DNA of 64,000 nucleotides, from the NCBI GenBank assembly GCA_963693365.1, contig CAVNZM010000017.1:4259375-4323374 (forward strand), in the 5' to 3' direction. The translations under genes and the position numbers were made by a program. Below the pieces are notes generated by a model. That model saw nothing but the letters and a program-made list of their open reading frames with translations. It was not told the DNA's origin and searched no databases. Positions 29,982 to 52,740 of this stretch are shown here, in pieces; position 1 is the first letter of the stretch; each line of letters opens with the position of its first letter. The DNA comes from Amoebidium appalachense. Its lineage: Eukaryota; Protista; Ichthyosporea.

Positions 29982-31185
29982 AACAGGGGAGAAGGCGGGG
30001 GCGGGGGAGGGGGAGAGAGGGGGGGAAGAGGGAGGTCTCGGAGGGGGAGGGGGAAAGGAGGGGGGAGGGGGGTTAACAGGGGAAGAGAGAGGGAGAGGTG
30101 AGGGGGGGGGGGGGGGGGCGGCGAGGGGAGGGGGAGGGGTAGAGGGTTACCTCGTAGTTTTGAGAAGGAACCCTTCTCATCTTTGCCGACAACAAACACG
30201 CAGAAATAATCAGCACAAATTCCCATATAACTCCCACCAGTAAAAGCTTAGTACTGTCTGTATCGGTGACAGACCCCAGCCCCGGGGCCGTAACGTCGTG
30301 CAAGAGGTGGGGTTTTCCGCGAAATTCGTACATGACGGTGTGATTTATGTTGACGGCGCCAAAGGGGTTAAAGATTGCGATGAGTGCAACGAGTAGGAGC
30401 TCGATAGCGACCAATAGGATGAAGGGGAGGGCAAGGTGCAGGTCGCTTAAAGTGCCAACGACGGCTCGGCGCTTGGATAGGTAGATGTCTGCGGGTATTT
30501 TGAATATCAATTCTAATCTTAATTTTTATTGGTGGGAGGGAGTTGTGTGTGTGTATGGGTGTGGGGGGGAGGGGGGGGGGGGGGATACAGTCTGAGTTGA
30601 TAGGTCAACAGGTGAAGAAGAGTGTGTGTGTGTGGGGGGGGGGGGGGAGGGGGGAGGGGGGAGGGGAGGGGGGAGGGAGAGGGGTTGGGGAGGGGGGGGG
30701 GGGGGGGGGGGGGGGGGAGAATAACACGATGGAAGACAAAAGGGGGTCCTCAGCTGGATGAACACATTAACGAGACACCTACAGGCTATGCGGTAGAGCT
30801 TGACATTGAGGGCCGAGAACAGCACTGCCTCCCCAGCTAAAAATAGGCCCAGGGCGCCGCTGACCTTGGCCTGACTGGGCCAGCCCACATACAGACCACC
30901 ACTGCACTCAATTAGGAAGCAGCCAAATAGGATCACTGAAAGAAGGGGGGGGGGGGGGGGGGAGGGGGGGGGAGGGGTGGCGCAGGGTGGTGGTGGGGGG
31001 GGGGGGGGGGAGGGGGGGGGGGGAGGTCGGGGTTAGTATGCATTCCAGAGTATGAAGTACACATTCATGAGGGGCAACACAACGCAGAGTGCACAGCACA
31101 CATCAAGATATTTACAGGCAGGGCCCAGGGGCGGCGGCGGTGGTGGCAGCGGTGGTGGTGGCGGCGCGGGCGTGGAGGGCGGGGA

Positions 31186-31218
<33 letters not shown>

Positions 31219-33222
31219 CACAGCGAACAACCTACAGGTGATTTATTTTAACTAAGCCGGCCCGGGTGAGGGTAAGGGTGTGGGGGGACGGGGGGACAGG
31301 GGGAGGGGGGGGGGGCTTGTGGAATGAAGGGGTAGAACTTTTGGGGGGGGGGGGGGGGGGGGGGGGGGATGAAGGGGAGGATATTTTTTAAAAAAAACCA
31401 ACAAGAGACCTAGTGTATGTAAGCGAGTCAGCTAACGAGGGTTAAAGGATGGCCGCCACTCACATAGGCAGAACACAGGACTTGATGCTTTGATCGCATA
31501 GGTATCTCGCCTAAACCATACGATTGCCGCCAGGAAAATTGTTGAAAAAACCCCCAAAAGTGACATGGAGTAAATGGCAATGCCCTCCGTAGAACTGGCT
31601 CCGATGAAAGTACATTTTACGATTACGCTTTTAGGCAACAACGACGCGTTTTGTCCGCGGCACGGCATCTTCGGGTCCCAGTCGAACAACACCGTCTTGA
31701 GGTTGGTCCGCGGATCGCACGGCAGATCGGTAATCGGATTCAGATTGCGCACGTCGCAGATTGGAAGAAGTTGGTAGTTTATGACTTGGCACGCGGTGTC
31801 CGTCGCCTGCACCGTGTCGTTCCCCCTTCTCATCATCTGCAACATTGTGAGCACTGGTTTTGAATACAACATTTCGAACAGATCTTCGGGAGCTGGATTT
31901 GGGTAATAGAGCGCCAAGGATTTTTCCGCCTGGGTTCTGTGCACGTGCCACTCTGTGGAATTCCATGGATGCTTCCGCCACGATGAGAGGTATGGGGGGA
32001 TGCGGCTGAAGCCGGCGTTGGAATGGTGCACGTACGGGCGGAAGGGGTCGACTAGGAGGGTGATAAGGCGCCACGCTAGCTGCCTGTGTGTGTGTGTGGG
32101 GGGGGGGGGGGGGGGGGGGAGGGGAGGGGGGGGGAGTGGGGGAGGTAGAGGGGGGGCAGGGGGTCGGGAGGGTTGGGTGGGTGGGGGGGAAGGGGAGGAG
32201 GGTTAGGAGGGTTCGGTTGCGGAAGTCAATGAATTGTCAAATGTTGTAAGGCCGACACAATTTCAGGGATGTTTGCTTTGTAGGGGTTCTTTGGAAACTC
32301 AAATGCATGTGGAGGGGGGTCCAGCAAGAGTTTGGGGAAAGAAGAAAACTTGTGTTTGGTTCGTGCGCCGGGCCCAGGTCATTGCCCAGATCTGTGTGTG
32401 CTGGAGGGAAAATGAAAGGGGGAGGGTGGAGGGGGGGAAGGGGAGTGGGGGGGAGGGGGGCTGTTTGCATATTTCATAGCCTTATGCTATTTGTTGTTTA
32501 TTCTATCTGTTTTTCTCACCTATTTTGATAGAACATTTTTGTTGAGTATCGAAATTAAACTTTTCGTTTCTTTTTTTCTTTTGGGGGGGGGGGGAAGGGG
32601 GGGGGGGGGGGGGGGGGGGGGGGGGAGGGGGAGGGGGGGTATATATACCTATTTGGAGTTGTCGGAGCCATTGCCACCCCCACACCCCCACCGGCACCCA
32701 ACCCCCCAGGCACCAACGCCTCCCCGATATCACCGGTTTTGAGATTTGGATCCTTGAATTCACCGGAAAACCGAAATCCCGTAAGTGGCAGAGACGGGTC
32801 GAAGTGGTAGAAAAACGGCCTCTTCCACTTGTTGATGTTGGGATACGACGCCTCCCATCTCTGAAATTCGAGGTCCTTTTCCGGGTATATTTTTGGGTTT
32901 ATCGTCTTTTCCCTGAAATACCTCCCAAATGTCTTGTCTATGGCAGTGACAAAAGCTTTATCCGAAAATCCACACCGGTAACCTCCGGGTAATTTCGGGT
33001 TTATCCGAAATGGAAGCCCGCCGGTGCTTCGACCAATCATCGACAGGATTTGAAGCTCCTCGGCAAAGTAGAGCTCCAGGGACAGGCCGTACCCCTGAAT
33101 TCCAAAACAAATCATCAAATTAGCCATATATGGGCTATTACCATAAATGGAATATCTTTCCACCATTCTCGATCTTCTACCTCACCCGTGTCTCTTGCTC
33201 AATCCGCTCCCCCCCTCCCCCC

Positions 33223-33253
<31 letters not shown>

Positions 33254-34280
33254 AAAAAAAAAAAAAAAAAAAGCATTCGATTCCTTTTCCCCACTCTCAT
33301 TCTTCAATCCATCTCCACCAACCTCCCTCTCCCCCTTCCCTCCCCCTCCCCCCCCCCCCCCCCCTCCTCCTCCTTCTCTATTCCCCATTCAATCGTGACT
33401 TTTTGGAAGGGCTGGGGAGGGGGGGGGGGGGGGGGGGGGGGGGGGACACATACCCGACCCGAGTCAGTGATTGTCTTCAGATAGTCGCCGAATGTGTCCC
33501 ACGTCCATTGGGTCAACTCCATACCGTGGGGGGGTGGCAGGGGGAGGTTAAGGTCATGCAGCGTGGTTTTGTTGTACAGCAGAACCCTGTTTGATTGGTG
33601 GGTTAGGACATCCTTAGCCATACATTTATTCACGTCATAAGAAGTTTTGCAAAAATGGGCTTGCTTCAAGATTGACTCTTACATGACTAAAGTTGGCAAG
33701 CCATCAGAGCTCTCCTGGGGGGGGGGGGCGCGGGCGAGGCATAGGGCAAGAAGGGGGGGGGGGGGGGAGGGGGAAGGGGGGAAGGCAAGGGGGACAGGGG
33801 GGAGGAGGGGGCGGAGGAGGGGGGCGGTGCGAGTAGTCAGGGAGACATAAAGAGAGGGCAAGCCAACGGGCTCTTCAAAGCTACAAAATTATGAACATTT
33901 AACCGGCCCCCCATCTTCCCCCCTCCTCCTTCCCCCTCCTGCCCCCCCCCCCCCCCCCCCCCCCTCGGCCAACACGCACATACTACCACCACCACCACCA
34001 CCTTCTCCTCCCTCCCCCTTCCCCCTTCCACCGCTCCCCTCCCTCCCCTCCTCCTCCCCCCCCCCCTCCCCCCCCCCCCCCCCCCCCCCCCCCCCCGCCC
34101 GCTTCCCCCTCTCCCCCCCACCACCACAGACACACACACAGCAGTATCCTCTTCATCAAAACTCTTCGTCACCATAACCAAATTTGCACACACACACACA
34201 CCGGTATCTGATTAATATTGCCTGCTATCAATATCTTCTTCATCCCACCAACTCACATTCGTGTTCCGTTTGCCCACTTA

Positions 34281-34344
<64 letters not shown>

Positions 34345-34506
34345 AAACCTCCCCCCTCTCCTTACCCATCCACCGACCCATCACCATTCGTTCCCCTCTT
34401 CACTCGGTATCTGAATGCTCAGTGAATCAGCCCCTCCCCTTCCTCTTCCCCTCCCCCCTCCTCCCATCCCCCCCCCCCCCTCCCCCCCCCCCCCCCCTTC
34501 CCCCCC

Positions 34507-34538
<32 letters not shown>

Positions 34539-35301
34539 GTGCGTGACTTTAAACCCACCTGTAGTTGTTGACCAATGGCAGTGCATACCACCTGTCATTC
34601 CTACCGAAGCTGCTAGCAAAGTGAGAAGGTACCTCCTGCCCATAGTCGAACCCCACCGCCTGCATGGGCTCCATCAGATCGGCTAATGGCGTGAGAGTAT
34701 TCCCCCTCAAATGCATTCCTAACTCGACGGAATCCAATAGGTGCACGTCTGGGTGCGTTTCGATTGGCTGGGAGGAGAACTGCGACCGTTTTATTTCCGT
34801 CCACGGTACTGTTTGCACTTGGCCGAGGAATTCGCGGAATGTGGCGGAAGGGCCTAGAAGGCTCGGGTGGGAGATAGTGTCGCATGCAAGCTCCATGGTG
34901 GCTTTGATGATTTCATCAACCACCCACCGGCCATAGACTGTGTGTGCAAGGGGGTGGGGGGTGGGGAGGGGGGGGGGGGGGGGAGGGCGTGAAGGGAAGA
35001 AGGGGTGGATTGGGCCGGGGGGGGGGGGGGGGGGAGGAGGGAGGGGATTGAAGGGAGGGGGTGGGTCTTTTTTCCGGGGGAGGGGGGGGGGGGGAGAAGG
35101 TTTGAAATACCGCAAACAGCAAGAAGGGGTGTAGAGATTTGCCGATAGAGTACGTTCACGGCACAGGACATAGGGTAGTGGCATGTAAAGGGGGTCAAAA
35201 ATCACAGGAAAGTGTTGGGGGGCCAGGCAGAAGTGGCAGTGTGTGTGAATGTGGAGCCACAAAACGTGCATGCGTGAGCATGAGTGAGTGTGAGTGAGTG
35301 A

Positions 35302-35379
<78 letters not shown>

Positions 35380-35544
35380 TACTGTGTGTGTGTGTGTGAT
35401 ACTGTGTGTGTGTTTTTGCGTGTATGTGTGTGTGTTTGTGTGATTGTGTGTGTATGTGCGCGTGTTTGTGTGTTTGTGAGTGTTTGTGCTATTTGTTTGC
35501 TTTCTTTTTCTTTTTTTCCTACGTGTGTGTGTGTGTGTGTGTGT

Positions 35545-35637
<93 letters not shown>

Positions 35638-35708
35638 CTTTCTTTCTTTTTTTTTGTTTGTGTGTATTTATGTGTGTGCGCGCACTGTGTGTGTGTGTGT
35701 GTGAGTGA

Positions 35709-35772
<64 letters not shown>

Positions 35773-36030
35773 ACGCGCATGTATGCGCGCGGGCGCGCGT
35801 GTGTCTGTGCGCGCACTCCTGTATGTGTGTATACGCACACGTGTGCACGCACACACGCACACGTGTGTGTGTGCGTGTGTGCGTGTGTACCTGTGTGTGT
35901 GTGTGCGTGTGTCTGTGCGTGCCATAATGCGGGTGTGTGTGCCACTCTCAAAAGATCCCGCACTTGCCTTCATGCATCAACCAGGGACACCCACCCATTT
36001 CGGAAATCATGTCCCTTCTTCCCCTCATCA

Positions 36031-36061
<31 letters not shown>

Positions 36062-36534
36062 ACTTCTCCCCCCCCCCCCCCCCCCCCCTCCCCCATACTA
36101 CTTCACCTGCCTTCCTCCTCCTCTTGCAAACACCAGAAAAAACCCCACCTTTTGGTTCATACGGTTGCCAAACTCGCACACTCGGTCTTCGGCCCGTCAT
36201 GTTCGCAACAGTGCCATTTTTGACGGCTTCATTCAAGCTGCTTCTTGGAACAATCCAGAGATTTTTCGTGCCCATCCACACTCGTTCTCTCCTCTATTTC
36301 AACGTTTCCGTCTCTAACGGAAAACACGACAGGGGAGTGTTCACCACAACAAGCAGAGTTTCGCGAGCACAAAATGGCTGCATGTTGAGTGAAAGTTGTT
36401 GCGCTTGTGATGTCTATCTCCCATGGGATTTCTTCACGTTCTTTGTAGAAACCTCGTGTAAGTTGACTACACCTACCCCATGATAAAAGCTTTGCGAGGA
36501 GGCAGACCCCAAGGTATAACCTAGGAATCGCCAT
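27402..36534 (-). CDS. Class C (GABA-B-like, 7tm_3) GPCR with signal peptide, sugar-binding-protein-like ectodomain and C-terminal coiled coil
   Basis: Exons ~36534-36149, 34937-34559, 33586-33454, 33094-32649, 32083-31464, 30935-30783, 30488-30151, 29314-29196 and 28642-27402. 7TM motifs: [38 protein letters not shown]. Ectodomain motifs: WYALP, VLLYNK, WTWD, QLAWRLI. Two +1 frame breaks (near 36264 and 27774) are needed for the full span. Confidence 0.8.
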
Positions 36535-36929
36535 GTTCAGGTGAGTGTAGTGTAGCCCTTAGCCGGGGCCCCTCCACTTTGCACCACCACCACCAAATGT
36601 TTGCTAGATATGTAGGTACATGTAATTGATATAGTTCAAGAGCGGATTTGCTAATGCACATGTGTACCCTAATGCGTACATTGAAACACGAGTCCACTGA
36701 GAGAAATTCGTGGGGAAAGGACTAAGGTAATGATGCGTACTTTAATACCAAAAACGGTCTTGCAATTGTTGTGAAAGTGCGAGTGTACACGAAAAAACTG
36801 AAGCCAGACAGCTCGACTCGGAGGACGATAACGTAATCGGCTCTGTGCGAAGCAGTACGTTGGTCAACGGACGAATAGATTATTAAAGTCTGCAGTGATT
36901 GGTGCGTTATAAAATCCTTGGTGCGTTAT

Positions 36930-37250
36930 CTACCAATCAGTACCATGTATCAAAGCACAATAATTTTTTGAATTGCGTTATCCGGGGCCCGGGTGAGGCG
37001 TCACAAGAAGACGGGAAAGCCTACCATGCTTTCTCAGGTAAACACCGAGAAAAAAACACATCATTGGAAACACAAACCGCCCAATATTTCTTTTTTTCCA
37101 AAAATCTCGCACCGGGATGCAAGCCATTCCCTCGCCGCGTCACACCCACGGGATGCGTTCCTGCGTGGTGCACTCTTAGCCAATTAAAACTGTGAGCCGC
37201 AATAGCATTCTTACCCAATCAGAACCTATCAGATCACATCTGATTGGCCA
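36930..37250. promoter_or_regulatory. Bidirectional promoter region with clustered CCAAT boxes
   Basis: CCAAT/ATTGG at about 36933, 37181, 37215 and 37243, between divergent ATGs at 36534 (-) and 37424 (+). Confidence 0.4.
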
Positions 37251-37423
37251 CCTAAAATCCCTGTTCCTGATCACTCACGTGCAAGTAGCATCATCAAAAC
37301 CCCCAATCTTTCCTCCCAGCTTGCACACACGCGTGCTGTGTGTGTGTGTACGGATGTGTGTGAGTTGATTGTTTTCGAATTTGTCCGTAGAAAAGAAGAA
37401 CAACAAGAATAACCGACTAGAAA

Positions 37424-37954
37424 ATGGGGATTGTTCGTACCGTGACCGTTGCGAAGGTCATGTGTGCTGTGGCGGTTCTGCAGGGTAAGCACGCACATTT
37501 ACTCGACCATTTTCCCCCATTTTTTTTTTTTTTTTTTTTTTTAACACATTACATTACACGCGTTTTTTATATATATATACTTTCGAAAGGACAAACAATA
37601 AAGGCTTTCGCTTGATCTGTGTTACATGGATGAGTAGCGTATTGCCTCAACTTTTCTCTGGGTAACCTCGGGTTCACTAAAGACCCTGTGTTTTTTTTAC
37701 AGCTTGCACCTCTTTGTAGCGCCTAGGAACAGAGGCAACTGTCAGTGTGGGATGCAGCCTACTAGCACGTGCACACAATTGATTTTTTCTAGCGGGCTTT
37801 CAAAAAGAAAATGAGGTGAGGTGTTTCATAACAGATGTATATTCTAGGTGCTTTATTGAAACAGAAACTGTTTGCAATCGACCTTAGGAAGGCCTGGGAA
37901 TAGTGGTGCGCACATAATGCTCGGCAAGAAAAGCACTCGTTATCAATTAACCTA

Positions 37955-38002
<48 letters not shown>

Positions 38003-38156
38003 GCACACGTTCCTTGATTTGCACGCATCGTGAAGGAATCTGACATATATGAAATAGCCCAAGAGGATTATTTGCCACGAAAACAACTTGGCACACACAC
38101 ACACCGTACACAAACATACACACACACACACGCACACACGTAGACAGACAACACAC

Positions 38157-38253
<97 letters not shown>

Positions 38254-38307
38254 TCACACACACACACACGCACTCACACACGGACACACGGACACACACC
38301 CGCACAT

Positions 38308-38373
<66 letters not shown>

Positions 38374-38752
38374 ACATGGTTATGCCGTAACACAGCACAC
38401 ATGAATGTCGCACAGATAACACACAGGTTGCACGCAAACACAACTGACGAACACAAATATCAACACAAAAACATTGGCTAAATAGTGCATGTGTATACGC
38501 ATAAACACATGTGCGCACACACAGGTCCGCAGGCACGCACACACACACACACCCACACACATGCACACTGATACATTCATGCACGCACAGCATACAAACC
38601 CACATGTTAACCAGATAAAAATGAGCACACGGCACCATAGCTAATGAACACATATCCGCTACGCACGCTTGGGGCTCGCGCATGAAACGCACACGCACAC
38701 ACATGCAAGCATGCACGAATGCGCACACACAAACACATACACGCACACACAC

Positions 38753-38829
<77 letters not shown>

Positions 38830-40410
38830 GTATTATAATTTCATAACACTATATCCCACTTTTATAACACTGTTTTCCCATGGCGTGTGCAGGGTATGAA
38901 GCAGCGCCGGCAAACGCAGGGCAGTTAGTGGTGCGTGTGAGCAACAACATGGACCCACACCAACTGGCAAAATCCATGGGTTTCCGTCTGGTCCAGGAAA
39001 ACGTGTGTGGGTGGCTGTGTGGGTGGATGGTCGGGCTGTGGTAGTCTGAAAATGATAGGCCTAAAGTATCATAAGTGATGGGGAAGAAGAGGAAGAAAAA
39101 AAAAGAAAGAAAGAAATAACCCTCTCAAGGTTTGCAAGAGGGAAAGCGGAAAGGTGGAAGGCAGGGGTGAGTGGGCGGATGGGTGGTAGGGAAGTCGGAA
39201 AGGGATGGGGAGGTCGGAAAGGGCTGGGGGGCCGGGGGTGGTGTTGGTAGTGGGGAGGTCAGGAAGGATGCAGGTTGGGGGGGAGAGGGGGAGGGGAGGG
39301 CGAGGAGGAGGAGTTACGGGATGTATTGACTTTTAACTTATCTTAATACACCATTAGCACCCGACTAGAGTACATTATTTGCTTAGTTAAAGCAACCACC
39401 GCTACTTCCATTTTAGCTGCTGGGCGGCGAGCCACATTGGTGACGTCATTTTGTGCACAAATTCCATGACGACGCGTCGCCCTAAAAAGGGCGCGAAAGG
39501 CTGGATCATATGTCGACATCGGTATTTGATTGAGTCTGTTGATTGGTGGAGACGCATTTGAGAAATGTGGCTCTCGGCTGGCCAGCGCCCAGACGCTGAA
39601 ATGGGAGAAGCGGTGGTTGGTTTAAAGACGGTTCGAACTCTAACTAGGAGGGATCCCAAAAGGGTCTCATCCGAGGACAAAAAGGGACAACACTAAATAA
39701 AATCAAAAACAAAAATGAAAAATAAGAGAGCAACATTGATTAAACAATATATATTACTAAATTATTTAAAAATTAGCTTATTTATTAACTTAATTTATTA
39801 TTTCACCCGTATGATGCAGGTTGCGGGGCTAGAGGGCCACCACATCTTTGAGCATGACGGGGGCAGTATTCGAGAGAGGGAGCGCAGGCAGGCGGCGCTG
39901 CAGCAGCACAATGCAGTCGGTGCCGTCGAGCTCCTGGTATGTATTTTCAAACCCTGCCCGCCCCCCTCCGCACTTCCCCCCCCCCCCCCTCCCAGGGGAA
40001 TAGGTCGAAACTCGGGTACTGTGGATGACGTGGGCCCCCCCTGAGGATGGGCTCTGCTTATTATGCATACTCTTTATGTATGGCTTGCATTCTGCATCGT
40101 GTTATCCGTTTGTTCTTGTGTACTTCGTACTTTTTGACGCATTCAAACCCCCCCCCCCCCCCCCCCTCCCCCCCCCCCCACACACACACACACACTCCAC
40201 ATCCGCCCAACATTCCCAATCACCCTGCCCGCAGGATGGGCTCATATATTATGCGTACTCATAAATTGGTGGTTTGCACTTTGCATTGTGTCTCCGTTGT
40301 AAATGTGTACTTCTTAATCTCAGAACACATTCTAAACAACCAGCACCCCCTCCCCCCCCCCCCCCCTCCCCCCCCTCCCTCCCCTCTTCTTACTCCCCCC
40401 CCCATCCCCT

Positions 40411-40464
<54 letters not shown>

Positions 40465-40465
40465 A

Positions 40466-40499
<34 letters not shown>

Positions 40500-40817
40500 G
40501 CCCGGCCCGTTTTTCGTATACGAGAGGATTGGCTCGAAACTCACATGCAGTTTATAGTATGGGCGCCCCTTGAGGGTGGGCTCCGCTTCTGTTGCACGCT
40601 ACCGGCTGGCTGATGTTGCAAACTTTAATGCTTGTTTTTGCATACCATTACGTGTCCTGGACTTTTTTTCACCACGGAGTGCCGATTTCCCATCGTGTTG
40701 TTGTACTTCATACCTTGTTTCGCATCCCCCCCCCCTCCTCCCTCCATCCCTCCCCCCCACCCCACCCCCCCCTGCCCCCCCCCCAAAGCCTCTTCCTCCT
40801 CCTCCCTTCTCGCCCCT

Positions 40818-40848
<31 letters not shown>

Positions 40849-41036
40849 ACTCCTTCTTACAATTTGAGTTCTCCCGTTCCATACAGAACTCTCTTGTTGT
40901 TAGTCAATGTCATGGTTTTGTTTTTCTCGCTGTGTATCAATATTTCTTGAGACAACATTGTTTCCGCTTTGTCCCTGTCTGACATGGTTTTCTGCAACAG
41001 GTGAACAAACAACGCCATCGTCGCATTTTGGAGTGA
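37424..41036 (+). CDS. Secreted stand-alone proprotein convertase (kexin/furin S8B) prodomain protein, ~107 aa, 4 exons
   Basis: Exons 37424-37484, 38893-39002, 39820-39936 and 41001-41036 give MGIVRTVTVAKVMCAVAVLQGYEAAPANAGQLVVRVSNNMDPHQLAKSMGFRLVQENVAGLEGHHIFEHDGGSIRERERRQAALQQHNAVGAVELLVNKQRHRRILE*. The pattern matches the furin/Kex2 prodomain and ends in RxRR. Confidence 0.7.
39994..40147 (+). mobile_element. 5'-truncated pLTR repeat copy (subfamily B)
   Basis: Nearly identical to the reverse complement of 63574-63727 and flanked by C tracts. More diverged copies follow at 40232-40337 and 40514-40725. Confidence 0.85.
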
Positions 41037-41103
41037 TCTGGTGAGCCGATGGGAGTATACTGCAGATCTCTACAAAACCTACCCCCTCACCTCTCCACTC
41101 CTT

Positions 41104-41158
<55 letters not shown>

Positions 41159-41284
41159 GTGATACACACCATGTCACACACACAGTCTCTTCATTTCCAA
41201 CACACCCAACCCACCGCCCTGCAACCACCACCACCACTCATAACCACAGACACACTCACATGCACACACTCACACGCATGCCCG

Positions 41285-41329
<45 letters not shown>

Positions 41330-41340
41330 GCACGCACACG

Positions 41341-41371
<31 letters not shown>

Positions 41372-43213
41372 CCACACCCACCCACACACACACACACTAT
41401 CCTGCCCCTCACCCCAAGCCAATGCTTTTCCCCTGCCATCAATTATTGCCAGTAGCACCTGGCTCATTGCTTAAGTTAACTTTAGAGGGTGTGCCCAAGT
41501 CTTTGTAGATAGCCTTCCCCCACACCACAAATGTACATACACCTTTGGTTGAGCTTACTCTGTACATAGTCGTTAACTTTCTGAATACATGCAAATAGTA
41601 GTTCTGTTCTGTATGGGTAGAACAATATTACCCTATACCATGTATTGCCAAATATCCCGATTGTCCGGACAGTCTAGCCCGAATATTCGGTGTGGCATTT
41701 CAGCTCGCATTGTAATTTTGCAGGAAGCCTTAAGACAAGCTGTTTTGGTGTAGACTTCATCACTTAATCACTGATATCTTAAGGTGTGGGTAGGATACGA
41801 TATTACATGGTTACAACACTGCGTCAATGACGCCTCGATGTCGACGTCGACAGTAAAAGGAGCAAGAAAAGGACCCTTCGGGGCTGGTGTGGTCACTATA
41901 CGTATATGATGTGAAAGTCCCTGCAATATCGTGTCTATATCGCAATGCACGGCTAGGCCAAACTGAAACGGGAATTACGAACAGTGCTTTCAATCAAATG
42001 TGAGCTGTGTTGGTCTGATAACCATGGGGTAGCTATAGGTTTCGTCCGTGGCCATGGGGTGCCTTGGCTCCTTGGCAATTCGTGACTTCAACCCCCCTAG
42101 CCCCCAGGCCTCCCGCGGCGAGACCCCGGACCCCACCCCTCCCCAAACCCCTCATCCCCAACCCCCTTCTCTTTCGCTCCCTCCCCGTCCTCCGTCTTAT
42201 TGGCCCTTTTCCAAAAACACAGAAGGGGCAGAGGCCCGAAAGAGAGAGAGGAGGGGGGGGGGGGGGGGTTACTTAAGACAGAAATCCAAAAATATCTTTT
42301 CATGCATCCCTGGAATTTTAAACACGTTCGTACATGATTGGATTAAGAATTCAGTTTTGGTAGCCATATATGGTAGTAAATAGACATAGGCCAATTATAT
42401 TGCACTATGAGGATTTGCTGTTGCCGCTGGCCCGCTGCGAAGGCGAAGCTCGGCGGACAACATCAATGAATGCTTGGTTTTCTTTTCTGTTTTATTCAAT
42501 TTAAGAATTGTACTTTCTCGGTTATCTATCTCGTGTACTCTAAACTATTTGAGCTATTGCATACTTCAGCAACATCAAAATAGACACTCTATCCCAACAT
42601 TTTTCTTTCGGCCCACCTGTACCGTCCTGCACCTGCAGCCTGGCGTTGTGAGGTTGTACCTAAAAAAATATCAAAAATGCGCCAGCCATATGACATGACT
42701 TTGATCCAATCAACTGACACCATGATGCTACATCTCTTTCAAAAGGCCCTCGGCTCTTCTTTGTCGCGACAAGAGCATACGACTTTTTGTTTTGCAGCAG
42801 TCTTCCTTTCGAGTCGCGTGTTCATTCTTCCATTGTTGAATGATCGTCTTTATCGGAGCTTGACAGTCAGGCTTTCCTGGTCGGTTCTGCTTGGTTGAAA
42901 CGTGGATTTTTAAAAGCGCCCTAGGCCTTTTATTGCAGCGTTCCCACATCGCCAGGGAAATAGTCAGGAACTTGCTCGTGTTTAACCATCTCAGTTCCAG
43001 ATCCTTCCAAAGTTCTTGTGAGCAACAGGAGTTTTATGTCAGCGGAGCACTGCAACTCATCCCTCCCCGTGACTCTAGTTACTTGGTTCTCATTGTAAAC
43101 CAGTGCTAAGGAAGCCTAAATACCCCAGCTGCTCTCCTTAAATAGGTCTACATTTTTTTTGCATCACCCGGGGATTGCATAGGACAGAGTCTTTGTCATA
43201 TGAACACGAAAAC

Positions 43214-52477
<9,264 letters not shown>

Positions 52478-52581
52478 CTTTACGAGGGAGATGGTGTGAA
52501 AGGGGGGTTTTTTTTTTTCGTTTTCGAATTCCGCTGAGCCTGTTTTTTATTTTATTTTATTTTATTTTATTTATTATTATT

Positions 52582-52612
<31 letters not shown>

Positions 52613-52709
52613 GAGGGGGGGTACAATTTTAGTTTACCTATGGTTACATAGTCTGAATGAATGAGTGGCAACGAGCGTGAGCTGAGCTTCGGTGGGTCGG
52701 ACCGATAGG

Positions 52710-52740
<31 letters not shown>

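Noticed and set aside
32237-32391. Extra GPCR exon after CACACAG at about 32392, possibly with TGA readthrough
   Set aside because: The required phase hits a stop immediately, and direct splicing from 32649 to 32083 gives a clean conserved motif (NRQLAWRLI). There is no evidence for a variant genetic code: TAA, TAG and TGA all act as stops in reconstructed genes.
33095-33166. Apparent phase conflict or recoding at the GPCR exon starting MVERYSIY
   Set aside because: It is resolved by the acceptor TTCAG at 33095, with an upstream CTAAT branch point, giving TDSGR|GYGLSL in phase 0.
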